64,000 nucleotides of DNA from Gammaproteobacteria bacterium (GTDB lineage Bacteria; Pseudomonadota; Gammaproteobacteria; Eutrophobiales; Eutrophobiaceae): the NCBI GenBank assembly GCA_965243205.1, contig CBDEUK010000001.1, positions 160,001-224,000 on the forward strand, in the 5' to 3' direction. Position numbers and translations under genes: made by a program. The notes beneath the pieces were generated by a model. The model was not told where the DNA came from. It worked only from the letters and a program-made list of their open reading frames with translations, and did not search any database. This document shows positions 9,671 to 19,293 of this stretch, in pieces. The first letter of the stretch is position 1. Every line of letters starts with the position of its first letter.

Positions 9671-11079
9671 TCACCAAAATCCGGCGGCATCATATTATTA
9701 TATCGGTCATCGGTAATAAAATTTTCAAAACGTGTATATTGTCCCAAGAAGGATAAATTAACCGTACCGATTGGACCGTTACGCTGTTTACCAATAATAA
9801 TTTCAGCCTTACCTTTATCTGGACTATCTTCGTTATAAACTTCATCTCGATAAATAAACACGATGACATCAGCATCTTGTTCAATCGCACCTGACTCACG
9901 TAAATCAGACATCACAGGACGTTTATTAGGTCGTTGTTCCAAACTACGATTTAACTGAGATAGTGCAATCACAGGGATATTCAATTCTTTCGCCATCGCT
10001 TTTAAGGAGCGAGATATCTCTGAGATTTCCGTCGCTCTGTTTTCTGCAGAACCAGGAACTTGCATTAATTGTAAGTAATCGATGATCACAAGATCCAAAC
10101 CATGTTCACGATGAATACGTCGACAACGTGCTCGCACCTCAGCAGGAGTTAACGCTGGCGTATCGTCGATTAACAATTTTGAATCTTTCATGATCTCAAC
10201 AGCTGATGTTAAACGCGGCCAATCTTCATCCTTGAGTTTTCCAGTACGGATTTTATGTTGATCAATACGTCCTAAAGATGACATCAGACGCATAGCTAGC
10301 GAATCGCCCGGCATTTCCATACTGAACACTGCAACGGATTTTTTATCTTTAATCGCCGCATGTTCTGCAATATTAACTGCAAATGCGGTTTTACCCATTG
10401 ACGGTCGACCGGCAACAATGACCAAATCAGAATTTTGTAAGCCTGCGGTTTTTTCATCAAAGTCATCAAAGCCAGTAGCCACACCCGTAATCGGGCTATC
10501 ACGATGAAACAACTCATCAACTTTATCTAAAGCAGTGACAAGTAAGTCCTTAATCGATTGATAAGTACGGCGGCCTTTATTTTGTTGTTCCGCAATTTCA
10601 AACACAGCTTGTTCTGCGTAATCTAACAACTCTTCACTGGTACGACCTTGAGGATTGAATACGCTTTCACTGATTTCGGAAGTCGCTTTGACAAGTTGTC
10701 TTAATACAGAACGTTTGCGAATAATATCTGCATAAGCCGCAATGTTTTCAGTACCCGTACAATTCTCTGCAAGATTAGCAATAAAAGAAAGACCACCAGC
10801 CTCTTCTAATAATTGATGACTTTCCAACCATTCCGCAACGGTTACGACATCAAATGGGTGACCGTCACTATCCAATCTTGCAATCGCATGAAAAATGGTT
10901 TGGTGCTCTTTCCGATAGAGATCAGATTCTTGAATACGCTCACTGACTTTTTCCCAAGCTTCATTGTTAATAAGCACACCACCCAAGACCGCTAGTTCCG
11001 CCTCAATCGAATGTGGAGGTGTTTTTAATGATGCTACTTCAGCATCCATAGGTGGTTGCGGATTCGCAATGTCCTGCAT
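9667..11079 (-). CDS. dnaB: replicative DNA helicase DnaB
   Basis: PPHSIEAE, GRPSMGKT, IDYLQL and SDLRESGAIEQDAD; no intein. Confidence 0.98.
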   Translation of the reverse strand: MQDIANPQPPMDAEVASLKTPPHSIEAELAVLGGVLINNEAWEKVSERIQESDLYRKEHQTIFHAIARLDSDGHPFDVVTVAEWLESHQLLEEAGGLSFIANLAENCTGTENIAAYADIIRKRSVLRQLVKATSEISESVFNPQGRTSEELLDYAEQAVFEIAEQQNKGRRTYQSIKDLLVTALDKVDELFHRDSPITGVATGFDDFDEKTAGLQNSDLVIVAGRPSMGKTAFAVNIAEHAAIKDKKSVAVFSMEMPGDSLAMRLMSSLGRIDQHKIRTGKLKDEDWPRLTSAVEIMKDSKLLIDDTPALTPAEVRARCRRIHREHGLDLVIIDYLQLMQVPGSAENRATEISEISRSLKAMAKELNIPVIALSQLNRSLEQRPNKRPVMSDLRESGAIEQDADVIVFIYRDEVYNEDSPDKGKAEIIIGKQRNGPIGTVNLSFLGQYTRFENFITDDRYNNMMPPDFGE

Positions 11080-11193
11080 GGTCTTCCCCAGAAATTATCA
11101 GGTAAGCCGCTGAAATATCAGCGATTTTAAAGAAAATTATTATAGGTTTGGGCCAAGTTAGAATCTTGACCCAGGAGATGGATTATACGCCGC

Positions 11194-11646
11194 TTATTCG
11201 TCTTCTGCGACTACTGTAAGTTTTAAAGTTGAACTGACATCTGGATGTAGCTGCACTGCAACGTCATATTCGCCAATGTTACGGAATGGACCTTCTGGTA
11301 ACTGAACTTCACTCTTTTTAAGCTCAACACCAGCTTCAGTAGCAGCTTCAGCAATATCATGCGGCGTTACAGAACCGAATAATTTACCTTCACTACCGGC
11401 TTTTTGTGCAATAGTAATATCCAATGCACTAATTTTATCAGCACGAGATTGAGCAGCAGCTAATGCATCAGCCTGAGCTTTTTCAAGTTCTGCGCGACGC
11501 GCTTCGAATTTTTCTACGTTTTCTTTGGTAGCAGGAACTGCTTTACCATTCGGGATTAAAAAGTTTCGACCAAAGCCAGGCTTTACGCTGACCTGCTCAC
11601 CCAAATCCCCAAGTTTTTGGATCTTTTCAAGTAATATTATTTCCAT
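11194..11646 (-). CDS. rplI: 50S ribosomal protein L9
   Basis: MEIILLE...[12 protein letters not shown] and GKLFGSV. Confidence 0.98.
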   Translation of the reverse strand: MEIILLEKIQKLGDLGEQVSVKPGFGRNFLIPNGKAVPATKENVEKFEARRAELEKAQADALAAAQSRADKISALDITIAQKAGSEGKLFGSVTPHDIAEAATEAGVELKKSEVQLPEGPFRNIGEYDVAVQLHPDVSSTLKLTVVAEDE

Positions 11647-11684
11647 CTCATAAACCTCTTTTCACTCAATTTAAGTAAACTTAT

Positions 11685-12608
11685 TCATGCTGAATCCTGC
11701 GGGATATTACGTCCCATTACCGAATCAGCTACACCAATACATGCCAGAATAATAGCGGCATATAACGATATAAATACCAGCGCGAAATACATACCGATTA
11801 ACCAACCTTGTTGATTAGGTTTTCTCGCAACAAAGGCATGCACACAAGCCACACCTTGAAAAATATACAAGCTCATGAAAACCATTAAGCAATCACGAGC
11901 AATGGAATCATCGACTAAACCATCCATGAATACGATACCCGCACAAACTGCTAAAGGCACTAATAACCACTTTGGCAACTGCAAAGACATAAACTCTTTA
12001 CGAAACCCGCCTGGGTTATAGACCTTGGATTGCCACCAACGCGCAAATAATACCGTTGACACAATTCCTAAAACGATTAAACAGGCCCGCATTCCACTCA
12101 TAAATGGAACAAAGTTATCCATAACTTGTTTCATGGCATTAATTTCTTCCACTGGTGTTTGTGGCGATAAATTTGGCAAGATATTTTTTTGCCAAAACGC
12201 TTCAAACACTTCGCGATAATCCGTAGCCACGCTAACAGTTTGTTGATGCATATAAACGATAAATAATATCGCTAACAAACCAGCAATCGTTAGCATCCAT
12301 CCTTGTGATTGCGTCTCTCTTAAAACATTAGCGACGATTAGTATCGGTAACCAAATTGCTAAGATATAAAACGCAATTGAATTAACTTGTATACCTGCTA
12401 ACAAAAACAAGCCACACAATACAATAAATGCACAAAGCGCTGTTTGTATTGCTATTGATGGCCCTTGCCTTAATGCAATGAATGCCAATGGCGTACCACT
12501 TAATAAAGTTGCTAATGGTGGTACAAATGCAGACAATACTGTAAAAAAACTTAGCGCAACGATTGCCTGCAATCGGCCTTTAGTTAAAAAACTCGCCAGG
12601 CCTTTCAT
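11685..12608 (-). CDS. DUF2232/YybS-like membrane protein
   Basis: Multi-TM protein with ARWWQSKVYNPGGFRKEF; usual position between rpsR and rplI. Confidence 0.8.
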   Translation of the reverse strand: MKGLASFLTKGRLQAIVALSFFTVLSAFVPPLATLLSGTPLAFIALRQGPSIAIQTALCAFIVLCGLFLLAGIQVNSIAFYILAIWLPILIVANVLRETQSQGWMLTIAGLLAILFIVYMHQQTVSVATDYREVFEAFWQKNILPNLSPQTPVEEINAMKQVMDNFVPFMSGMRACLIVLGIVSTVLFARWWQSKVYNPGGFRKEFMSLQLPKWLLVPLAVCAGIVFMDGLVDDSIARDCLMVFMSLYIFQGVACVHAFVARKPNQQGWLIGMYFALVFISLYAAIILACIGVADSVMGRNIPQDSA

Positions 12609-12629
12609 ATTATGTTTCCAATATCACAA

Positions 12630-12654
12630 TGCTGAACAAAAATACTGTTCAGCA
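12630..12654 (-). other. intra-operon stem-loop downstream of rpsR
   Basis: Perfect 9-bp inverted repeat TGCTGAACA / TGTTCAGCA with a 7-nt loop. Confidence 0.45.
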
Positions 12655-12668
12655 ACAACACACATTGA

Positions 12669-12893
12669 TTAATGTGCGTCGCAATATGGGATCAATGCAA
12701 GATATCGTGCTCGTTTAATTGCTGTTGACAATTGGCGTTGATATTTTGCTTTGGTACCTGAAATACGACTAGGAACAATCTTACCGGTTTCAGTAATGTA
12801 ATTTTTTAATGTGTTTAAATCTTTATAATCAATTTGTTCAACGCCTTCAGCGGTGAATCGACAATATCTTTTACGACGAAAATAACGTGACAT
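12669..12893 (-). CDS. rpsR: 30S ribosomal protein S18
   Basis: IDYKD...[11 protein letters not shown]...[10 protein letters not shown]. Confidence 0.98.
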   Translation of the reverse strand: MSRYFRRKRYCRFTAEGVEQIDYKDLNTLKNYITETGKIVPSRISGTKAKYQRQLSTAIKRARYLALIPYCDAH

Positions 12894-12921
12894 ACTATTC
12901 TCCTGGATTCTTTTCAGTTAA

Positions 12922-13377
12922 TTACTCAGCTTCAGAATCTGATTCTGCAGGTGTTTCTTCTGCAACATCAGCAGGTGCTTCTTCTTCAGTTGTAGCTTCA
13001 GCAACAGACTCACTAGGTGCTTTTGCAGCCGGTACATCATCATTGCTATCTGATTCTTCATTGGATTTCATCAAAGGCGATTGCTCAGTAACTGCATCCT
13101 CTTGTTGAATGATTAAGTTACGAATCACTGCATCGTTGAAACGAAATGCGCTGGTTAATTGATCGAGAGTTTCTTGATCACATTCGATATTCATCAAGAC
13201 ATAATGTGCCTTATGAACTTTGTTTATAGGATATGCTAGAAGGCGTCTGCCCCAGTCTTCGAAACGGTGAATTGAACCACCATTGTCTTGAATCATAGTA
13301 CGGTAACGATCGACCATACCACTCACTTGCTCGCTCTGATCCGGATGAACCAGAAACACGATTTCATAATGTCGCAT
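12922..13377 (-). CDS. rpsF: 30S ribosomal protein S6 with long acidic C-terminal tail
   Basis: [18 protein letters not shown] and [12 protein letters not shown]. Confidence 0.98.
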   Translation of the reverse strand: MRHYEIVFLVHPDQSEQVSGMVDRYRTMIQDNGGSIHRFEDWGRRLLAYPINKVHKAHYVLMNIECDQETLDQLTSAFRFNDAVIRNLIIQQEDAVTEQSPLMKSNEESDSNDDVPAAKAPSESVAEATTEEEAPADVAEETPAESDSEAE

Positions 13378-13434
13378 TGTTAAGTCCTCATGGTTTAATA
13401 GCTACCCAGTTGCGGGCTGGTGCAGCAAGGAAAT
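13378..13434 (-). promoter_or_regulatory. S6:S18 ribosomal protein leader (autoregulatory cis-RNA)
   Basis: Minus strand reads TTCCTT-GCTGC-ACCAG..CTGG-GTAGC-TATTAAACC-ATGAGGA. TCCT can pair with the SD AGGA around an inner hairpin, the same layout as the E. coli rpsF leader. Confidence 0.7.
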
Positions 13435-13444
13435 TAGGTGGGCG

Positions 13445-13473
13445 ATGATAAAGTAAGCGTCAACGACTTGCAA
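13445..13473 (-). promoter_or_regulatory. sigma70-type promoter of the rpsF operon
   Basis: TTGCAA-17 nt-TATCAT on the minus strand just upstream of the leader. Confidence 0.55.
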
Positions 13474-13508
13474 TAGCTAATAAAGTTATTAATTTCAATC
13501 ACTTAAAA

Positions 13509-14816
13509 TCATTTTGGCAGTAGATTCCCTGGGTTTTTGGTGATTTTTTGTACAGCATCGGTTAATTGCTGTAATTCGGAGTCATTGATCACAAATGGCG
13601 GCATTAAATACACTAATTTTCCGAACGGACGCACCCAAACCTCAGACTCCACAAACTTCAGTACAATCTTAGTCATATCGACTGGGCGAATCATTTCAAC
13701 TACACCAATAGCGCCAAGTACTCTGACTTCTTTTACTGTTTCATAATCCCTGCAAACAGCTAATGATTCAGTAAAATGTTTTTCAATACGTTGAACATTC
13801 GCTTGCCAATCACTGCTTTCCAAAAGTTTAATACTCGTTAATGCGGTTCTACAGGCTAACGGATTTGCCATAAACGTTGGTCCATGCATGAAAACACCTG
13901 GCTCAGAATTACTTATGGTTTCAGCAATATCTGTTGTGGTTAACGTTGCAGCTAAACTGATATATCCACCCGTTAATGATTTGCCTATACACATAATGTC
14001 AGCACAGATGTTGGCATATTCAGATGCGAATAACTTTCCAGTACGACCAAAACCCGTAGCGATTTCATCAAGTATTAACAATACATTATATTCATCACAT
14101 AATTTTCTAAGTTCCATTAAATATTGAGGCGAGTAGAACCACATACCACCTGCTCCTTGAACTATCGGTTCAATGATGACAGCAGCAAGTTCTGCATGAT
14201 ATTTCTGAAGCGTTTGTTTAATTTCTTGAAGATGCGTTTGTTCGCATTCTTCATCGAATCGTGGTTTTGGAGCATCAACAAAATATTGTTCAGGTAATAT
14301 ATGATTGAACAAGGTATGCATACCTGTGATCGGATCACATACTGACATCGCACCCAAAGTATCACCATGATAACCTTGTTTAAAACTAACAAAACGTTGT
14401 TTATTAGCTTGCCCCTTGGCTTGCCAAAATTGAATCGCCATCTTTAATGCAACTTCAACTGATACTGAACCAGAATCTGAAAAGAAAACCGTTTTTAATT
14501 TCTCAGGCGTAATATTAACCAGTTTTTTTGCCAGTTCAGCCGCAGGTTCATGCGTTAAACCACCAAACATCACATGTGATAACGAGTCAATTTGTTGTTT
14601 CATCGCTGCTGTTATAACTGGATGGTTATAACCATGAATCACACACCACCAAGATGCCATACCATCAACTAACTCTTGTCCTGTAGAAAGTTTTATCTTT
14701 GAGCCATTAGCAGATTCAACAGGAAACAATGGTGCTTGACTGGTAAAACTACTGTATGGATGCCAAATAAATTGTTGATCATTTAAATACCAATCAGGAT
14801 TTTGTAAATTAACCAT
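13509..14816 (-). CDS. bioA: adenosylmethionine-8-amino-7-oxononanoate aminotransferase
   Basis: IWHPY, DGMASWW, DSGSVSVEVALKMA, DEIATGFGRTG and HGPTFMANPLAC. Confidence 0.97.
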   Translation of the reverse strand: MVNLQNPDWYLNDQQFIWHPYSSFTSQAPLFPVESANGSKIKLSTGQELVDGMASWWCVIHGYNHPVITAAMKQQIDSLSHVMFGGLTHEPAAELAKKLVNITPEKLKTVFFSDSGSVSVEVALKMAIQFWQAKGQANKQRFVSFKQGYHGDTLGAMSVCDPITGMHTLFNHILPEQYFVDAPKPRFDEECEQTHLQEIKQTLQKYHAELAAVIIEPIVQGAGGMWFYSPQYLMELRKLCDEYNVLLILDEIATGFGRTGKLFASEYANICADIMCIGKSLTGGYISLAATLTTTDIAETISNSEPGVFMHGPTFMANPLACRTALTSIKLLESSDWQANVQRIEKHFTESLAVCRDYETVKEVRVLGAIGVVEMIRPVDMTKIVLKFVESEVWVRPFGKLVYLMPPFVINDSELQQLTDAVQKITKNPGNLLPK

Positions 14817-14820
14817 TGGT

Positions 14821-15576
14821 TTAAGAATTTACTTGTTTTAATACTTCATATAAACAGACAGCGGCTGCAACAGAGACATTAAGACTTTCAACATTACCCT
14901 GCATTGGAATATTAACAAGTTGATCACAATGTTTTTTTGTATTTTCTCGTAATCCATCGCCTTCGGCACCCATGACTATTGCGGTAGAACCAATAAATTT
15001 GGTTTGATGAATAGATTGTTTTGCTTCCCCAGCCAAGCCGTATATCCATACATTATTATCTTTTAAATTTCGTAAAGTTCTAGCCAAATTAGTCACTGTA
15101 TAGAATGGAACAGATTCTACTGCACCACTTGCTACTTTACATACAGTTGGAGTCAAACTAACAGAACGATCTTTTGCAGTGATTATACCATCTACACCAA
15201 CTGCATCTGCCGTTCGAAAACACGCACCTAAATTATGTGGATCTTGTACGTTATCTAGAATTAAAAATAGTTGATTTTTTTCTTGTGTATCATTCAATAC
15301 TTGTTCTAAATCTTTTTCATTTAAGATGTTATAAGCTTCACGAAGAAGTATGACCCCCTGATGTTGAGTTGCACCTGATTTTTCTTCTAATACTTTTTGA
15401 TTGACTAGTTGGAGAGAAATGTTATTTTTTTTTGCAGTAGAAATAATTTCAGATAGATCTTGGTTATCTTTTTTATCTTTATTAATCCAAACTTCTATAC
15501 AGGTTTGTGTTGAATATAGCAAAGCATGACGAACTGCATGTAAGCCATAAATAATAATCTTGCTGGATTTACTCAT
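14821..15576 (-). CDS. rlmB: 23S rRNA (Gm2251) 2'-O-methyltransferase
   Basis: HQGV, QDPHNLGAC, GAEGDGLR and ESLNVSVA SPOUT motifs; follows rnr. Confidence 0.96.
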   Translation of the reverse strand: MSKSSKIIIYGLHAVRHALLYSTQTCIEVWINKDKKDNQDLSEIISTAKKNNISLQLVNQKVLEEKSGATQHQGVILLREAYNILNEKDLEQVLNDTQEKNQLFLILDNVQDPHNLGACFRTADAVGVDGIITAKDRSVSLTPTVCKVASGAVESVPFYTVTNLARTLRNLKDNNVWIYGLAGEAKQSIHQTKFIGSTAIVMGAEGDGLRENTKKHCDQLVNIPMQGNVESLNVSVAAAVCLYEVLKQVNS

Positions 15577-15580
15577 CAGA

Positions 15581-17749
15581 TTATTCTTGAACTAATTCAA
15601 AATCAATTTTTTTATCGTCGAGATTAACTCGAGTCACAATAACTTTTAAACGTTGACCTAATTGAAAAACATAATTGCTTCGCTCTCCACGTAAGCGATG
15701 TCCTGTCGCTTCATAATGATAATAATCGGCGGGCATTAAAGCAGTCACATGCACTAATCCTTCTATATAAATATCATCAAGTTCTACAAATAATCCAAAT
15801 GACGTGACTGAACTAATCGTACCCATGAATTCTTCGCCGACATGATCATGTATATATTTACACTTATACCATTGAATCACTTCACGAGAAGCATCTTCAG
15901 CTCTGCGCTCAGTTTCAGAACAATGATTAGCCATCTCTTGTACTTTATCTTGTTCATACATAAATTCTTCTGGTATATTTCCATCAATTAAATGTTTTAA
16001 CGCTCTGTGCACCATTAAATCAGGGTAACGACGGATTGGTGAAGTAAAATGAGTGTATGCATCAAAGGCTAAACCAAAGTGACCTTTATTATTTGCTTCA
16101 TAAACTGCTAAAGGCATACTTCGTAGTAAGACCATATTAATAAGATGATAATCTTCGCGGCCACTTATCTGTTCCATTAAAGTAGCGTAATCTTTAGCCG
16201 AAGGGTTTTCTCCTCCTTGTAATGACAAACCTAGCTCTGATAAAAAAGAACGAAGGTCAGCCAATCGTTCTTCTTTAGGTACTTCATGCACACGAAACAT
16301 AGAAGCACATTGCTGTTCAATCAAATGATTTGCTGCGGCCACATTGGCTGTCAACATAAATTCTTCTATTAAACGATGTGCATCATTTCGTTGATAGGTA
16401 TTGATTTCTTGAATTTGATCATTATCACCAAACTTAAAACTAGGTTCATTAGTATCAAAATCCAATAGACCATTTTTCTTGCGTCTTTCATGTAATAGTT
16501 GATACAAAGAATATAAATTTTGAATTAGAGCTAATTCATTCTTTAATTCAGAAACAACTGTTTCATCATTATTTATTACTGCTGCGACTTTGGTATAAGT
16601 TAATCTTGCAACAGACGTCATAACACCTTGATAGAATTCTTTACGTTTTACTTCGCCATTTTTATCGATGCTTAATTCACATACCATACATAGTCGATTC
16701 ACATGTGGATTCAATGAACAAAGACCATTGGACAAAACTTCTGGTAACATCGGTATAACACGCTGCGGGAAATAAACTGAGGTACCACGGTTATAAGCTT
16801 CCTTATCCAATTCAGTATCGGATATCACATAACTGGAAACATCAGCGATCGCAACAATTAAGCGCCATCCTTGTCCTTGAGGCTCACAAAAAACTGCATC
16901 ATCAAAATCTCTAGCATCTTCTCCATCAATAGTAACCAAGGATATATCTCGTATATCTTTATGATTAGGAAACTGTGAAATATCGACTTCTTCTTTCAAG
17001 CTAGAAATTTCATCTAATACCTTCTCAGGCCATTCATGAGGTAAGTTATGATTATGAATAGCAATATCTATCGCCATTCCAGGGTCGGTTGCATTTCCTA
17101 ATATTTGAGTAATTTCGCCAATGGGCTGTGAATGTTTATCGGGCTGTTCAGTGATTGAAGCAACAACAACATCTCCAGTTTTTGCATTATTTTTTTTATC
17201 ATTGGGGATAATAATATCTTGATGAATACGCTTGTTCTCAGGAATCAAAAAACCAATTGGTCCTTGTGTTTTAAAACGTCCTACAACTTGATGGTTGGCA
17301 CGTTCTAATACTTCAACAATCGTTGCTTCTTCACGTCCACGATGATCAACACCAGAAATTCGAGCTAATATTCTATCTCCATGTAATACCTTTCGCATTT
17401 GCTTAGGCGATAAAAACAAATCATTTCCACCTTGTTCTAATGCCATAAAGCCGTAGCCATCGGGATGCGCGATAATTTTTCCTTTTAATAAATCAACTTT
17501 ATCGACAGGCGCATACCCTTCTTTGCGGTTACGAATAATTTGACCATCTCGCTCCATAGCGCGAAGCCGTCGACGCAAAGCTTTTCGAGATTCGGTATGA
17601 TCTTCTTTCATTAACGCTGCTGCGATCACTCGAATACCACAAGGTTGTCCCTGTTTTTCTAAAAGCTCAAGGATTTCTTGTCGCTCTGGAATTATGAATT
17701 CGTATTCAGTCGACTGATCAATATTATTTTTTTTACTACGATTTGACAT
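15581..17749 (-). CDS. rnr: ribonuclease R
   Basis: N-terminal HTH, HPDGYGF, TIDGEDARDFDDA, HFTSPIRRYPD and S1 domain. Confidence 0.96.
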   Translation of the reverse strand: MSNRSKKNNIDQSTEYEFIIPERQEILELLEKQGQPCGIRVIAAALMKEDHTESRKALRRRLRAMERDGQIIRNRKEGYAPVDKVDLLKGKIIAHPDGYGFMALEQGGNDLFLSPKQMRKVLHGDRILARISGVDHRGREEATIVEVLERANHQVVGRFKTQGPIGFLIPENKRIHQDIIIPNDKKNNAKTGDVVVASITEQPDKHSQPIGEITQILGNATDPGMAIDIAIHNHNLPHEWPEKVLDEISSLKEEVDISQFPNHKDIRDISLVTIDGEDARDFDDAVFCEPQGQGWRLIVAIADVSSYVISDTELDKEAYNRGTSVYFPQRVIPMLPEVLSNGLCSLNPHVNRLCMVCELSIDKNGEVKRKEFYQGVMTSVARLTYTKVAAVINNDETVVSELKNELALIQNLYSLYQLLHERRKKNGLLDFDTNEPSFKFGDNDQIQEINTYQRNDAHRLIEEFMLTANVAAANHLIEQQCASMFRVHEVPKEERLADLRSFLSELGLSLQGGENPSAKDYATLMEQISGREDYHLINMVLLRSMPLAVYEANNKGHFGLAFDAYTHFTSPIRRYPDLMVHRALKHLIDGNIPEEFMYEQDKVQEMANHCSETERRAEDASREVIQWYKCKYIHDHVGEEFMGTISSVTSFGLFVELDDIYIEGLVHVTALMPADYYHYEATGHRLRGERSNYVFQLGQRLKVIVTRVNLDDKKIDFELVQE

Positions 17750-17850
17750 GTCATGACTATCAACTTAAAAGTCGACAGTATACATGCTAAAGCTGAATAA
17801 TTGATACAAACAAATATGTCGTTGAAAAAGCGTCAGATAAGATATTCTAA

Positions 17851-17876
17851 ATAGAATCGCATCCTTACGATTCTAT
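17851..17876 (-). terminator. stem-loop ending the DUF1800/PEP-CTERM operon
   Basis: ATAGAATCG / CGATTCTAT inverted repeat, 20 bp after the stop of 17896..18546. Confidence 0.5.
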
Positions 17877-17895
17877 CTAATTACTAAATCAATAT

Positions 17896-18546
17896 TTATG
17901 AAATGTGTTTATTTTTTCTAAAACCAAAAACCGTAGCCAGTGGTGCAAGCATTAAGTAAACAGCAGCAGGTACTGGGACTGCATTAGGATCGGGCGCACC
18001 TGTCAATTGAAAATCAATTGAAAAAATATCTGTGCCACCCGTTTCATTAAACCAGAATAAATATTCGCCAGCTGTTAGCTGAGTGATAGGCAAACTAAAT
18101 CCTGCATTATTTGTGGCATCATCTGATTCAAATAAATCTGTACCAGCATCCTCTTCACCAAACAATAACCCAGTCAACAACAAACTTGGATCTAATGGGA
18201 AACTATTAGCTCCGAGCGAATTAACATCAAAAGTTGTAGCATCTAATATCCCAAAGAAACCAGGTCCCGCACCTTGAAGACTCGTAAAATTGATTAATTG
18301 AACAGTATCTAATGTTTCACCTTCTTCAATTGTTACTTGAAATACATCTGGTCCTAAAAGGCTTGTATCAGTGAAAAAACTTAAGTTATTTGAACCTGCT
18401 TCAAAGTCGACTTGTAAAGGATTTCTAAAATCACCCGTTTGAGCAATCCCATCTACAACAATAAAAGCACTCACACTTTGAGCACTCAATAGAATAATAA
18501 AACCTAATACTATTTTATTTATATAATTATTTATATTTTTCATCAT
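17896..18546 (-). CDS. PEP-CTERM-type (VPVPA) exosortase-target surface protein
   Basis: Signal peptide (AQSVSA); C-terminal VPVPAAVYLMLAPLATVFGF followed by RKNK. Confidence 0.8.
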   Translation of the reverse strand: MMKNINNYINKIVLGFIILLSAQSVSAFIVVDGIAQTGDFRNPLQVDFEAGSNNLSFFTDTSLLGPDVFQVTIEEGETLDTVQLINFTSLQGAGPGFFGILDATTFDVNSLGANSFPLDPSLLLTGLLFGEEDAGTDLFESDDATNNAGFSLPITQLTAGEYLFWFNETGGTDIFSIDFQLTGAPDPNAVPVPAAVYLMLAPLATVFGFRKNKHIS

Positions 18547-18567
18547 GCTATTCCTAAAATAATTCTA

Positions 18568-19263
18568 TTAACTTGTGCTTTTCTTTGAACGCAACACAAA
18601 CCCCAGAGGTCCTAATAAAAGCAACACAGAGGCAGGTATTGGTGTAGCAACAACATTTTCAGCGTCGATTAGGAACTCAAGTTCATAAGTAAATTCGCCT
18701 GATGTCTCACTTAACCAAACCCAGTAACTACCTGGACCAAGTATTCCACTAAAACCTGAAATAAATTCTAGTGCAGCACCTTCTTCATCTTGAGAAGTAC
18801 GGCTTGCTAAATCAAGAAGATTAAAATGTGGACCTTGTATAGGACCAAGGTCATTTTGTGTAAACAAAGATGCATTAAACAACTCAGTATTTTCATCACC
18901 AGGATCAAGACCTGCTATGTTATTTGATAGCCTAGGTGCATTAGTAAAATCACCAATCCCAAAAAATCCCGATGGAGTTGCAAAATCGAATGTAAATGGC
19001 GAATAATTTAATAGATTAACCGCAGTTAAAGTTTCACCTTCTCTTAAAGTGAAAGAGAAAAAATCTCCACCACCAAAAGTAAAATTATCAACCAAGCCGC
19101 TCACGCTATTAGAACCAGCATCAAATTGTATTGTAGATATCGATGTTGGATCATTTGATAGAGGACCATCTAAAGTTTCATCATAAACTAATGCATGTGA
19201 ACTAAAACTTGTAAATATCCCTATTAAGGCTATCGAAAATTTATTTAAGTACTTCATCATCAT
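18568..19263 (-). CDS. PEP-CTERM-type (TPIPA) exosortase-target surface protein, paralogue of neighbour
   Basis: Signal peptide (SSHA); C-terminal TPIPASVLLLLGPLGFVL followed by RSKK; shares FxAGSN, EGETL, GFFGI and GxYxxWxxETxG with 17896..18546. Confidence 0.78.
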   Translation of the reverse strand: MMMKYLNKFSIALIGIFTSFSSHALVYDETLDGPLSNDPTSISTIQFDAGSNSVSGLVDNFTFGGGDFFSFTLREGETLTAVNLLNYSPFTFDFATPSGFFGIGDFTNAPRLSNNIAGLDPGDENTELFNASLFTQNDLGPIQGPHFNLLDLASRTSQDEEGAALEFISGFSGILGPGSYWVWLSETSGEFTYELEFLIDAENVVATPIPASVLLLLGPLGFVLRSKKSTS

Positions 19264-19293
19264 TCTCCTAAAAAGAGAGTTTTATATAAATAT

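Noticed and set aside
11149-11173. Hairpin after rplI as a terminator
   Set aside because: A stem is present (TGGGCCAAG/CTTGACCCA) but there is no U-tract on the coding strand, so it is too weak to call.
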